A stretch of 64,000 nucleotides of DNA from a virus, in the IMG/VR virus record IMGVR_UViG_3300032524_000070; one strand, written 5' to 3'. This document shows, piece after piece, positions 1 through 10,177 of the stretch. The notes under the pieces were generated by a model, which saw nothing but the letters and a program-made list of their open reading frames with translations, did not search any database and was not told where the DNA came from. Position 1 is the stretch's first letter; every line of letters begins with the position of its first letter. A program made the translations under genes and the position numbers.

Positions 1-1704
1 AAGCGGGCGTCCTTGCCGATCCCGTTCTTCCACTACCCCACGGGGGAGTGGGGGCAGGTCATCGAGGTGTCCCCGTGCGGGTTCATCCACTTCGAGCTGG
101 GCGATGACATCCAGGACGTGGCGGACTTCGACACCTTTTTCGATGAGACCGTCATCAACGAGGACCGGCTGGACGAGCTGTTCGACCACATGGATGAGGT
201 CTTCGAGTTCGCTGGCGACGACGATGCCAGCGAGGATGGTGATGAGGATTCGGTCTTCGACTCGTGGATGACCGGCGGGCAGCCCAAGGTGGCCTACGCG
301 GGCATCCGGGTGAAGCGGCGGCCTGACAAGAGGCGACGCAAGCAGCGGGGTGGGGACAAGCTCAAGGCGAAGCAGCGGTATCGCAAGAACCGCATGAAGT
401 CGAAGTTGCAGTCCAAGAAGCGGTACAAGGTCCTGAAGAAGAACCCCGCCTTCAAGAAGCAGCAGCAGGTCCGCCGCAAGCACCCCGAGCGGTTCAAGAT
501 GCGGCACGGCGAGGTGTTGACCGCCCCTGAGATCGCCTTTGCGCTGGATGTAGGGCCGGACGGCGAGTTCCGGCGGACGTTCGGGGACGACGACAATCTG
601 ACGCTGGGCTACCTGCGGAACATCAGCGGGATGACGGGGCTGGTTCACTTCTACCTGGCACAGCCTGGTCAGCGGATGCTTCGCTCGATGCCGGTGCGGG
701 ACTTCCTGGTCGCCGTGGCGTTCCTGTCACCCGAGGACATGGAGGCGGCCTACGACCTCATCGACGCCGAGGTCGGCATCGAGGCATACGGCGAGGAGTT
801 CAGCGACTACACCGACCTCAACTCGGAGCTGGTGAACCTCTACATCGTCGAGTCGGACTTCATGCACGACGACGACGATGAGCGGAACGACGAGATGGAT
901 GCCCAGCTCATCGATCCGTCCGATGACGACTTCTACTACGGGGCCGTGAACAAGCTGGCCAGCGAGGTCATCAGCACGTTCCTCTACGAGAAGCGTCCGC
1001 CGATCATGGACACGGACACGGTGTACGACCGTGCGGACGACCATGAGGACCGGACGCGACGTGACCGGAAGCCCGGCGACGTGCTGTTCGGTCCCTTCGA
1101 CGATTCGGTCGAGGACTCGAACCCCGGCAGCAGGGTGCTGCCAGGCGGCAAGGATCACGTCGAGAAGACGGCCGCCCTCATCCGGGAGATCCGGGAGGGC
1201 TGTGGTCCTGACCTGGTGGCCCGGTCCGAGGGGCTGAAGTTCAAGCTCTCCAGAGCTGACCAGAAGAACGCGATCTGGTCGTTCACCGTGCAGGGCTCCA
1301 AGGGCTCCCACCGCGTCAGGCTCAAGGCCATCCGAAAGGGGAACATCAGGGACATCCAGAAGACCCACGTTCGGGTATCCTGCTCCTGTCCTTTCTGGCA
1401 GTGGCAGGGGCCGGAGTTCCACGCGAAGCAGGGCGACTACCTCTACGGGAAGCCCCGTGGCCTGGCGACGAAGCCGGACATCAAGGACCCCTCTGGCAAG
1501 CACATGGCCTGCAAGCACGTCCTGGCGGTGCTGGCTCACGTCACCACGAAGCAGTGGTCGGTGCCGCAGCAGAAGCGAATGGCCCACTATCTGGCCGATA
1601 CTTTGCGCCTTGGTGAGATGGTCGCGGAGTTCCCAGAGTTCGAGTCCCGCAGACGAAGCGTGGCTGCCCGGTATCTTGCATCCCTGGAGGTGCGAGATGC
1701 CTGA
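1..1704 (+). CDS. SWIM zinc-finger protein, probably 5'-truncated
   Basis: Frame is open from base 1; C-terminal SCSCPFW...CKHVLAV SWIM motif; alternating acidic and K/R-rich blocks. Confidence 0.75.
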   Translation, partial: KRASLPIPFFHYPTGEWGQVIEVSPCGFIHFELGDDIQDVADFDTFFDETVINEDRLDELFDHMDEVFEFAGDDDASEDGDEDSVFDSWMTGGQPKVAYAGIRVKRRPDKRRRKQRGGDKLKAKQRYRKNRMKSKLQSKKRYKVLKKNPAFKKQQQVRRKHPERFKMRHGEVLTAPEIAFALDVGPDGEFRRTFGDDDNLTLGYLRNISGMTGLVHFYLAQPGQRMLRSMPVRDFLVAVAFLSPEDMEAAYDLIDAEVGIEAYGEEFSDYTDLNSELVNLYIVESDFMHDDDDERNDEMDAQLIDPSDDDFYYGAVNKLASEVISTFLYEKRPPIMDTDTVYDRADDHEDRTRRDRKPGDVLFGPFDDSVEDSNPGSRVLPGGKDHVEKTAALIREIREGCGPDLVARSEGLKFKLSRADQKNAIWSFTVQGSKGSHRVRLKAIRKGNIRDIQKTHVRVSCSCPFWQWQGPEFHAKQGDYLYGKPRGLATKPDIKDPSGKHMACKHVLAVLAHVTTKQWSVPQQKRMAHYLADTLRLGEMVAEFPEFESRRRSVAARYLASLEVRDA

Positions 1705-2098
1705 GTACGTCTTCAAGTGCAGCGACGACGAGTGCGGGGCCGGGTTCTTCAAGACCCTGGCCATCGTGAACCGGAACGCCCCGCAAGACTGTCCCACCTG
1801 CGGAGCTGACGCGGACAAGCAGATCGCCTCTGGCGTCGGTGGTGTCCTCCGGGGCGACGTGTGGCCCGGCAAGAACATCCAGGTCAAGCAGCAGATGGCC
1901 GCCCGGCGGGCCAAGGTCGGCGAGCGAGAGCACGTCCTGAAGATGGACGGCCCGCAGTTCGAGCTGGCTCCGAACGTCAACGGCGAGCGGGTGGACTCGT
2001 GGTCGGACGCATCGAAGCTGGCGGCCAGCGAGGGCAAGGACACCCGCGAGTACGACAAGCGTGCTCGCAAGGCCAAGATGCGGGGTAGCAGGGTATGA
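1697..2098 (+). CDS. FmdB-like zinc-ribbon protein
   Basis: MPEYVFKC..C...CPTCG; GGAGG upstream of ATG 1697; similar to 34559..34987. Confidence 0.75.
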   Translation: MPEYVFKCSDDECGAGFFKTLAIVNRNAPQDCPTCGADADKQIASGVGGVLRGDVWPGKNIQVKQQMAARRAKVGEREHVLKMDGPQFELAPNVNGERVDSWSDASKLAASEGKDTREYDKRARKAKMRGSRV

Positions 2099-3306
2099 GC
2101 AGCCCCTTCCACACCTATGCGGGCCTGCTGGAGCGTTCCGCGCAGCTCATCCACGTCTACCTGCGTGACCGGGCTGGGCTGGTGGGCTACGGCTTCTGGG
2201 GCGCGAACACGGTGGACAACGCCTATGGCAACCCGCTGGACAGCGGTGTCGTCGGGACAGGGGCGACGACCCTGTTCGCGGTGCCTCGCGGCCAGTCCTT
2301 CCGCTCCCCCACCCTGCGACGGAAGAAGCTCGGCCTCATCGAGGAGAGTCGGCGTGGGATGACGCACGCGCTCTTCGACCTGACCGACTACATCACGCCG
2401 GGGACGGCCATCCCGCCAGACCAGCAGTGGTTGTTCTTGCGGGTGCAGGAAGCCACGCCTGCTGGTGGGTCACTCTTCTTCCTGGATGTTCCAGAGGCCC
2501 GGGTCACCCTCGCAGCGGTAGGGGTCGGCGACCGGCTGGTCATCAAGGGCGTGGTCTTCGACTTCCAGGCGGGGGCCAACAACCTCGCGGGCAAGGCAGG
2601 GACAGCAGGCGATCCTTTTCTCGTGGGCCTTGGGGCGGGTGACAACGACGCGGCTGCGAACCTCGACATCGCTCTCAACGATGCTGTCGATGTCGGCCCG
2701 GCAATGGACCTCATCGCTCCGCTCCTGGCCCACACGGTCAGCGCGAACCCCGGAGCCCCTTCGCCACTCGTGTTCATCCAGCCGGAGAACGGCACTCCCG
2801 TCCGCATCCCCGGCGACATCGCTGCCTTCACCATCAGCACGCCGGACGCCCCTCGCATCGCCATCGACGCGACTGCACTGGCGGCTGGTCGCCTGGTGGC
2901 TTCGTTCGACGCGACCAATCCGGTGCTGGGGCCGATCTACTGCATCCCGCCGGTCGCCTACTTCGGCACACGGGAGCCGACCTTCACCTTGCAGGCCACG
3001 GCCCCCTCTGGCTCAACCAGTGCGGCGGGTGGCTTGCCCGACCTGAGTGAGGATCTGACGCTGGCCCGTCCACGGGCGATGCACCTGGTCTTCCCGAAGC
3101 CGTTGACGGCCCTCTCCATTCGGAATCTGTCGGGAGTGAACCTGCTGGTGTCGTTCGGGCCGGAACAGGCGATGCGGAACGTCCCGGCGGGTGGCGAGCT
3201 GCCCCTGTACTCCGGCACCACCAAGGAAGTGCTCCTGGCGTGCCCTGATGGCGTCGCTGGAGCTGCCTTCACCCTGCATGGCGTGACCTCCGGTGAGAGC
3301 CCCTGA
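2095..3306 (+). CDS. Putative virion structural protein, paralog family A (long form)
   Basis: Shares MSSPFHTYAG, FRSPTLRRK and PVLGPIYC with the next gene, plus an insert of about 140 aa. Confidence 0.7.
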   Translation: MSSPFHTYAGLLERSAQLIHVYLRDRAGLVGYGFWGANTVDNAYGNPLDSGVVGTGATTLFAVPRGQSFRSPTLRRKKLGLIEESRRGMTHALFDLTDYITPGTAIPPDQQWLFLRVQEATPAGGSLFFLDVPEARVTLAAVGVGDRLVIKGVVFDFQAGANNLAGKAGTAGDPFLVGLGAGDNDAAANLDIALNDAVDVGPAMDLIAPLLAHTVSANPGAPSPLVFIQPENGTPVRIPGDIAAFTISTPDAPRIAIDATALAAGRLVASFDATNPVLGPIYCIPPVAYFGTREPTFTLQATAPSGSTSAAGGLPDLSEDLTLARPRAMHLVFPKPLTALSIRNLSGVNLLVSFGPEQAMRNVPAGGELPLYSGTTKEVLLACPDGVAGAAFTLHGVTSGESP

Positions 3307-4091
3307 TGAGTAGCCCCTTCCACACCTACGCGGGGATGCTGGAGCGTTCGACGCACCTCATCCACACGTACTTGCCGAACGATTCGGCGGTTGTGGGCTA
3401 CCAGTTCTGGGGTGCGGATACGGTCAACAACGCCTACGGGAACCCGGCAGCCAGTGGTGTCGGCGGCTCCGGCGTCGTGGCGATGTTCACGACCCCGTTC
3501 AACCAGACGTTCCGTTCCCCCACCCTCCGGCGGAAGGGCCTCGGCCTGGTGCCGGAGAACCGCCGGGGGATGACACACGCTCTGTTCGACCTGGACGACT
3601 ACATCGCGGTCGGGACGGCCATCCCGCCGGATGACCAGTGGCTCTACCTGCGGGTGCAGGAGAATCGCCGGACGGTGGGCTTGCTCGATCTGGCTGGTGC
3701 CCCGGCTGATCCGGTGCTGGGACCGATCTACTGCGTGCCTCCGGTCAAGAGCTTGGGGCTCTCGCAGCCGACCTTCACCTTGCAGGGAATCGCCCCCTCT
3801 GCCACGACGAGTACCGCAGGTGTTTTGCCGGTTTTCAGCGAGGATCTGACATCGGCGATTCCGCGTCCGCTTTTCCTGGTGCTGCCGTACCCGTTGTCGG
3901 AGTTCACCCTCGCAAATCTCGACGGGGCGAAGACCTTGCTCGTTTCTTTCGGTCCCGAACAGGCGATGCAGTCCATCGCTCCAGGGGGCGAGGTCCAGTT
4001 GTACTCCGGGTCTACAAAGGCCCTCGTGCTAGCGACTGCCGCCGCTGGTGGGTGTCCCTTCTCTCTTCACGGAGTCCTGGGACGATCTTGA
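3306..4091 (+). CDS. Putative virion structural protein, paralog family A (short form)
   Basis: Tandem paralog of 2095..3306; TGATG coupling. Confidence 0.7.
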   Translation: MSSPFHTYAGMLERSTHLIHTYLPNDSAVVGYQFWGADTVNNAYGNPAASGVGGSGVVAMFTTPFNQTFRSPTLRRKGLGLVPENRRGMTHALFDLDDYIAVGTAIPPDDQWLYLRVQENRRTVGLLDLAGAPADPVLGPIYCVPPVKSLGLSQPTFTLQGIAPSATTSTAGVLPVFSEDLTSAIPRPLFLVLPYPLSEFTLANLDGAKTLLVSFGPEQAMQSIAPGGEVQLYSGSTKALVLATAAAGGCPFSLHGVLGRS

Positions 4092-4159
4092 ATAGTTCAT
4101 CTATACGGAGAGACAAGTAGGCGAGGGTGACCTGCCTGCGAGCCTCACGGAGAGACAAC

Positions 4160-6247
4160 ATGCCGTTCATCTGCCTGGCCAATGCGAACGTCCCGAACGG
4201 GACCGTCCAGATCACGGACCTGTGGCCGAACGAGTCGCAGCGCAACCAGTCCATCGATCCCCCCGGCCAGAACCGCTACTTGAGCCGTCCTGGAGGCGAC
4301 CTGGTGGCCCTCGCGGGCGTCGGGCCGATCACGCTGCTCCCGGCTCCGGCGATCAGTGACCAGTTCGTGATCGAGGGCCTCGAAGCCTACATCGCGGATC
4401 GGGTCGATCCGGGTGGGTCGGAAGCCGCGACGGGCACCATCACGATGACGGGTGCCCTCGTAGGCGACATCATCACGTACACCGGCCCCGGCGGCATCCT
4501 GACCCAGGCGTACACGGCGGTCGAGAGCACGGCGTCGGGCTCCATCGTGGTCGGTGACCCCACGGCTGCCGTGGGTCGTCTCACCGTAGGCCTCTCGGCT
4601 CTCTCCTGCGTGGAAGATGGCTCGACGGGCGTGGGCCTCACCCCCGCGACGGTCCTCGTGGGTGATGCGGTCACCATCGCGGGCGTGCTCTTCACGGCGG
4701 CGGCCGTGGCCGACATCCCCAACCAGGTCTTCGACCAGTCGGGTACGGACCAGGCGGACTCGAACTCGCTGGTGCTGGCGATCAACCACGCCAACGCCCA
4801 GGCGCTCCTGACGGCGGCTCTCGATGCCCTGGTCGCGGTGCCCACTGGCGGTACGCTCGTGGCCTCCAACGCGGGTGGTGCGGCAGTTGCCATCACCCTG
4901 ACGCCCAGCGTCCTGGGTGTCTGGGGCGACGCAGCCATCATCCAGACGGTCGGTGGTGCGACCCTGACCCCGGTGTCGCTGACCCACACGGCTCCGAACC
5001 CGGCGGCAGTCCCCTCGGAGTTCGGTTCGGCGGCCTACTACGAAGGCACCAACGCCGACGTGTCGATCCCGGTGGCGACCTCCATCGTCGCGGCGATCAA
5101 CGACGCGGCCAACCAGGCGCTCATCAACGGCAACTACGCTGGGCCGCCCCCGGCGGCCCTCGACGGCACGTTGACGGCGAGCAACGCTGGTGGTGCATCG
5201 GCCACCGTGAACCTGGTGGCCTCCCTGCCCGGCTTCTCGGGTCGCCTCGACATGAGCACCACAGAGGCGGGTCAGCTCGTCCTCTCGGCTGCCACGCTGA
5301 TCAACACCCAGGCGAACCCGGCAGCGTTCGAGTTCGACTCGCTGATCAACTCGACGCTCGGCACGGACATCACCTCGGCGAACTCGCTGGTGTCGGCCCT
5401 GATCAACGCCGCGTCCGACGTGGCGCTCGGGACGACCATCGGCGGGTCCACGGTGACGGCGAGCAACGTCGGTGGCACCTCCGCTGTCGTGACCTCGCTG
5501 GCCGACACCGTGGGATCGGTCGGTGCGATGGGCATCGTCGGTTCGGCTCCGGCCCGAACGGTCGTGTCTGCCGGTGCGATGGCGAAGACGATGGTGACCT
5601 GGACGGCCGCCCTCATCAACGCTTCCGCAGCAGCGGTCCAGGCCCTCGTGGACGCGGGAACCGCCTGCACGGTGGCCGCCGTGAACGGTGCCATGAACGC
5701 CATCGGCGGTGTGTCCGGCATCTCCGTGGCGACGGGCACCTCCTCGCTGGCCGACATCCTCTCGATCCTCGCGGGTCGGGTCTACCGGGTCACGGTCCCG
5801 GTGGTGAAGGACCCCACGGGGGCCAACTGGAGCACGGTGGCAACCGGGTCCTTCACGGGTCCGAACACGGTCTTCGACTCCCAGATGTACGGCGGCGAGT
5901 GGGGTCCCGACACCTCCACCTCCGGCCTGACCATCGACGGGGTGGCCATCCCCGACCGGACCCTCAAGTACGGCAGGGAGAAGGACACCACGGTCGTCGG
6001 CGGCGAGGTCGTGAACAACGAGCTGGCGGGCGTGCGGTCCACCTACGACAGCACGCACTTCCAGGCATCGGTGAACGCCGGGCAGCTCTTCCGGCTCTCG
6101 GCGGGCGTCACCCTGTTCCCCGATCCCGAAGTCCAGGCGTGGTCGGCCCGCTCGGCACTCAGCCCGGTCGCTCTCCAGCGTCAGGCAACCCTCGTGAACC
6201 AGCGGATCGTCACCGTCCTCGACGACGACGGCTCCCTTCTCGTCTGA
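4160..6247 (+). CDS. Ala/Gly/Thr-rich virion protein, paralog family B (decoration/fibre-like) with internal repeats
   Basis: ATG 4160 after GGAGAG; shares DILSILAGRVYR and terminal VLDDDGSL motifs with the next two genes. Confidence 0.7.
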   Translation: MPFICLANANVPNGTVQITDLWPNESQRNQSIDPPGQNRYLSRPGGDLVALAGVGPITLLPAPAISDQFVIEGLEAYIADRVDPGGSEAATGTITMTGALVGDIITYTGPGGILTQAYTAVESTASGSIVVGDPTAAVGRLTVGLSALSCVEDGSTGVGLTPATVLVGDAVTIAGVLFTAAAVADIPNQVFDQSGTDQADSNSLVLAINHANAQALLTAALDALVAVPTGGTLVASNAGGAAVAITLTPSVLGVWGDAAIIQTVGGATLTPVSLTHTAPNPAAVPSEFGSAAYYEGTNADVSIPVATSIVAAINDAANQALINGNYAGPPPAALDGTLTASNAGGASATVNLVASLPGFSGRLDMSTTEAGQLVLSAATLINTQANPAAFEFDSLINSTLGTDITSANSLVSALINAASDVALGTTIGGSTVTASNVGGTSAVVTSLADTVGSVGAMGIVGSAPARTVVSAGAMAKTMVTWTAALINASAAAVQALVDAGTACTVAAVNGAMNAIGGVSGISVATGTSSLADILSILAGRVYRVTVPVVKDPTGANWSTVATGSFTGPNTVFDSQMYGGEWGPDTSTSGLTIDGVAIPDRTLKYGREKDTTVVGGEVVNNELAGVRSTYDSTHFQASVNAGQLFRLSAGVTLFPDPEVQAWSARSALSPVALQRQATLVNQRIVTVLDDDGSLLV

Positions 6248-6262
6248 TCAAGGAGACCTCTG

Positions 6263-7195
6263 ATGACCCGCGCATACATCGTGCTCGCACGGAATGACCT
6301 GGAAGACTCGCTCCTCCAGGTGCTCGACCTGAAGCCGAACGCGACACCCTCCAAGGGTCTCCGCGTCTACGAAGGTGTGGCCCAGGGTGGTTACCAGAGC
6401 CACTACCTGCTCGACGGTGTGAACAACACCGTAGGCGCACTGGCCCTGCCCAACGGCCCCGCCGCGATCACCTACGGTCTGTCGGGCTACTTCCTCGATA
6501 CCGTCGAGGTGGCGGGCACGAACCGTGCGATCACGGCGGTCATGGCGAACTTCATGGCGGGCGACATCGAGACGCAGGTGGCGGCTGGTGGCGTGCTCAC
6601 GGCAGCCTGGGTCAACGCCCGGCTGGTGGTCCGCTGCGGAGCGGCCACGGCTCTCTCCGAGGGCAACGGCACGGCGGCGCTGGAGGAGATCCTCCGCATC
6701 CTCGCGGGCGAGCGGTACCGCGTGCCCGCCAACGCCGTCCTCGAAGATGGTGTCCCGGTCTTCATCGGTGCCCGCCGTGGTGCCTTCGTGACGGCTCCGG
6801 TCATCGAGATGGACGACTCGGTTCGCACGACGTACACCTGGCGAGAGGGTGCGGTCGTCACCACGGACACGGCAGCTCCGGTGCGTGGTCGCAAGTCCAC
6901 GTCCCCCATGACCCACATCCGCCCTGGCGAGCCCCGGGTCGCTCCGGTGCAGACCGGCGTGCGGGACACGAACTTCCAGGACGTGCGGCGGACCGTGGAG
7001 ACGGGTGACCTGCACCTGTCGGCCACAGACGGCGTGCTCGCGGAGTTGCTGTCCGCGACCTTCACGTTCTTGAACCCGGCATTCACCTACGCTGGTGGGG
7101 TCACCCCGGCTCAGACCATCGGTGCTGTCAACATCCCCGCCACGGGCATTGCCCGAGCCGTCGTCGTGTACGACGTGCTCGGCAACGTCATCTGA
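6263..7195 (+). CDS. Virion protein, paralog family B
   Basis: AAGGAG RBS; EILRILAGERYR and VYDVLGNV motifs. Confidence 0.7.
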   Translation: MTRAYIVLARNDLEDSLLQVLDLKPNATPSKGLRVYEGVAQGGYQSHYLLDGVNNTVGALALPNGPAAITYGLSGYFLDTVEVAGTNRAITAVMANFMAGDIETQVAAGGVLTAAWVNARLVVRCGAATALSEGNGTAALEEILRILAGERYRVPANAVLEDGVPVFIGARRGAFVTAPVIEMDDSVRTTYTWREGAVVTTDTAAPVRGRKSTSPMTHIRPGEPRVAPVQTGVRDTNFQDVRRTVETGDLHLSATDGVLAELLSATFTFLNPAFTYAGGVTPAQTIGAVNIPATGIARAVVVYDVLGNVI

Positions 7196-7210
7196 TTCAG
7201 GAGAACCACA

Positions 7211-8155
7211 ATGGCCAATCGCGTCTTCATTCTGCCGCTGCGTAGCGACCTGGCTGGTGTGGGCCTCAACCTCACCGACCTGAAGCCGAACGCAGGTCAG
7301 AAGAACTCGGTGTACGACGGTACGCCGCAGAACAACTACATCGCCGAGATGCACGACGCCGAAGGCGTCACGGTCGTCAGCGGGATCGCCTACGTCAGCG
7401 GGTCGCTCAACACGACTCTGCTGGCGGCCCACAACGACATCGCTGACGACACCACGGGTGGCGGCAACGACGTGACGGCGACGCAGCAGACCTGCTTCGG
7501 TCTGGCGGCCTACCTGTTCGACCGCGTGCAGACCGGCGGTGGCGTCGGTGCCGCTCCGATCACCATCGCGCAGGCCAACACCTGTGCGGGGCTCATCGAG
7601 GCGGCAGCCCTGGCGGGCAACGCGCTGACTGAGGCGGCCATCAACATCATCCTCGCCGCGAACATCGCGGGTGCGACGACGTTGCGGGCCGCTGCTGGTG
7701 CCTCCCTGTCCTTCGGGACGGTCGGGGACATCCTGCGAATCCTCACGGGTGAGATCTACCGGACCCCGCTCCTGACGATCCTCGGCACACAGGCCAACGT
7801 CTTCCTGGCTCTCGCCGGTCGGCAGGCCCTCGTGACGGCTCAGACCCCGGCGTTCATCACGGCCCAGGGTCAGTTCTACGCCTCCGGTGGCTTCCTGGCC
7901 GCCACCGACACCGGCTACCGGGCTCGCCCGACGCTGGTGCCGACCGGGGCGTTCAACATCAGCAACGCCGAGGGCGTCATCGACGGCTACAAGGCGGCTC
8001 CGGGCATCACGGTGCTCAACCGCAACTTCGCGTACACGGCAGCCACCGTGACGGCGATCCGGCCCCGTGCCCGGCTCCTCGGTGGCGGCAACGTCGCGGC
8101 GACCGGCATCGGAGTCGCCATCGGCGTCTACGACGACCTCGGGAACGCGCTCTGA
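7211..8155 (+). CDS. Virion protein, paralog family B
   Basis: AGGAG RBS; DILRILTGEIYR and VYDDLGNA motifs. Confidence 0.7.
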   Translation: MANRVFILPLRSDLAGVGLNLTDLKPNAGQKNSVYDGTPQNNYIAEMHDAEGVTVVSGIAYVSGSLNTTLLAAHNDIADDTTGGGNDVTATQQTCFGLAAYLFDRVQTGGGVGAAPITIAQANTCAGLIEAAALAGNALTEAAINIILAANIAGATTLRAAAGASLSFGTVGDILRILTGEIYRTPLLTILGTQANVFLALAGRQALVTAQTPAFITAQGQFYASGGFLAATDTGYRARPTLVPTGAFNISNAEGVIDGYKAAPGITVLNRNFAYTAATVTAIRPRARLLGGGNVAATGIGVAIGVYDDLGNAL

Positions 8156-8200
8156 TCGACTGCTGACCGGGTCAGCCATGCCCGTCAGTCTCCTTGCTGG

Positions 8201-8240
8201 TGCCCGTGGACCTTGCCGTCCACGGGCATCGGTGTTTCTG
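8201..8240 (+). terminator. Putative intrinsic terminator
   Basis: 11-bp stem TGCCCGTGGAC/GTCCACGGGCA with 6-nt loop; weak T-tract follows. Confidence 0.5.
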
Positions 8241-8287
8241 GCGTCCGTTCGTTTCCCTATAGCTCCGCAGGGGTAGAGCTTGAACTA

Positions 8288-8306
8288 CCTCTCCTGCGGG
8301 AGATGG
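8288..8306 (+). ncRNA. Copy of recurring leader hairpin CCTCTCCTGCGGGAGATGG
   Basis: Identical 19-mer at 49559..49577. Confidence 0.55.
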
Positions 8307-8322
8307 ATCATGGAGCAGAACG

Positions 8323-8574
8323 ATGGGCACGAACGCTGGACCAGACGGTCAGTACAAGACAGCCGACCTCTACTACGCCGCGTACCTCAAGACGGCAGCC
8401 GTGGAGTTCTTGGGCACGGAACGGGAAGGCGACCGGACGGTGTTCGTGTTCGTGAAGCCCGACAACATCCGTGACCTCAAGAATCAGTATTTCACCCGCA
8501 AGGCCAAGGTCCCGGCCCTGACCTACGGTGACGAGATCAAGGTGCTCAAGACGTTGACGCACATGGAGGACTGA
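8323..8574 (+). CDS. Small DUF5659-like protein
   Basis: YKTADLYYAAYL...RTVFVF pattern. Confidence 0.6.
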   Translation: MGTNAGPDGQYKTADLYYAAYLKTAAVEFLGTEREGDRTVFVFVKPDNIRDLKNQYFTRKAKVPALTYGDEIKVLKTLTHMED

Positions 8575-8577
8575 CTC

Positions 8578-8943
8578 GTGGCTGAACAGGCGGTCATCGG
8601 CAACCCGTACATCTTCCAGGCCCGATTCCTGGACGCTACGAACGCGCCCTTCGACCCCACCGTGGGGCCGACGATCACCATCTTCAGCTTCAGCACCGCT
8701 GGGGCGAAGAACGTCCTGGTCGCGGCAGCCGCGATGGTCGCCGTGACTCCTGCCGAGGTGGGCCGCTTCGTCTACGTCTACACCGTCCCCGGAACCTTCA
8801 CGGACGGGGACATGCTCTACGCCGAGATCGATGCCCAGGACGCCCTGGCGAACGACTTGGTGGAGAGCGTCCAGGTGGACCTCATCGCGGCCACCAGGTC
8901 CGGGGTCTTCACGACCGGGCTCATCATCGAGTTCGTCCCGTGA
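8578..8943 (+). CDS. Hypothetical beta-rich (Ig-like) structural protein
   Basis: ORF within operon; typical codon usage. Confidence 0.6.
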   Translation: MAEQAVIGNPYIFQARFLDATNAPFDPTVGPTITIFSFSTAGAKNVLVAAAAMVAVTPAEVGRFVYVYTVPGTFTDGDMLYAEIDAQDALANDLVESVQVDLIAATRSGVFTTGLIIEFVP

Positions 8944-9212
8944 TGGATCGACGCATCCAGTGTCCGGTGGATGATGCTGCCCCGGTGGTCACGTCCAAGG
9001 AGATCAACGCCTTCCGCATCCTGCCGGAGACGGGCAGGGCGTTCTTCCTCGACTTCATCCACTACTCGCCTGCCAGCCAGAAGGCAGAGGTGGTGAGCCG
9101 GATGCGCGTCCACGAGGATGCTTTGCAAGCCATCCGGGAGCGTCTGTCGAGTGACATCAAGGATGCTCCGTCCTCGGGGATCACGATCATCTGGCCGGAA
9201 GGGATGAGCTGA
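8943..9212 (+). CDS. Hypothetical protein
   Basis: Coupled by TGATG overlaps on both sides. Confidence 0.6.
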   Translation: MDRRIQCPVDDAAPVVTSKEINAFRILPETGRAFFLDFIHYSPASQKAEVVSRMRVHEDALQAIRERLSSDIKDAPSSGITIIWPEGMS

Positions 9213-10177
9213 TGGCTGTCGCATTCTTCCCAGGGCAGGAGGTGGTCCGGGGCGACCTCGACATCTTCATCAAGGACAGCTCCAGCACACCGACGACTCC
9301 GGTGTCGATCACCTACGCGCTGTACTACGTGGACCCGGGGCCGCCGGAGAGCGAAGTGCTCATCGGGGCAGACCCGGCTCGTGTGCCGGTGAACCCAGCC
9401 GTGGGCGAATACTACGCCTCGCTGTTGATCCCGGCGGGAGCCACCGTGGGCACCTACCGCATCCGCTGGACCATCCAGGAGGCTGTGGGCACCCCGTTCA
9501 TGCAGGTGGTCCAGGAGTTCGCTGTCGTGGTGAGCGGGACTGTCGTGGCGAGTCCCTACAGCACGGTCGAGCAGGAGATGATCGACTGCCTGCGGGTGAT
9601 GCTTCGGGACAACAACCCCGACCGCAACTACCACTTCCGACCGCCTGAGCACGAGGCGGACATCGGGGCCTACAACCGGGTCTTCGGCTACGTCTGGGAG
9701 GAGGCTGAGCTGTACCAGTACCTCCTGCGAGCTGTGGACTGGTGGGACATGTTCCCGCCCCGCACCTACGTCGGCACCATCGCCAAGCTCGTCAACGAGA
9801 ATCCTTCCTGGCGGACGGCCATCTACTACGGTGGGATGCAGTTCGCCTTGATGGCCCTGGCGATCAACTGGGTTCACGAGGAGTTCGACTACTCCATCGG
9901 CGGGGTCAGCCTCTCCATCGAGAAGTCCTCGAAGTACGAGAGCCTCAAGAGCAACGCCGAGGGCCAGTTCGACAAGGCCGTCGAGGCGAAGCAACGGACG
10001 GTGAAGTTCATCCGAGGACTCCAGCAGCCGAAGTACGGCATCGGCATCCGCTCTGCCTTCGGCCCCCAGGTCGGTCGGGGCATCCTGAGCCCGAGGAACT
10101 TCTTGGTATTGCCCTGGGCTGTGATGTGCGGTAGCGTCCTGGCATATGCCGAGCAGGTGTCCTCATTGTTCGTGTGA
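9212..10177 (+). CDS. Putative head-tail connector/neck protein
   Basis: Ig-like N-terminus, helical C-terminus with FDYSIGGVSLSI; late-operon context. Confidence 0.5.
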   Translation: MAVAFFPGQEVVRGDLDIFIKDSSSTPTTPVSITYALYYVDPGPPESEVLIGADPARVPVNPAVGEYYASLLIPAGATVGTYRIRWTIQEAVGTPFMQVVQEFAVVVSGTVVASPYSTVEQEMIDCLRVMLRDNNPDRNYHFRPPEHEADIGAYNRVFGYVWEEAELYQYLLRAVDWWDMFPPRTYVGTIAKLVNENPSWRTAIYYGGMQFALMALAINWVHEEFDYSIGGVSLSIEKSSKYESLKSNAEGQFDKAVEAKQRTVKFIRGLQQPKYGIGIRSAFGPQVGRGILSPRNFLVLPWAVMCGSVLAYAEQVSSLFV

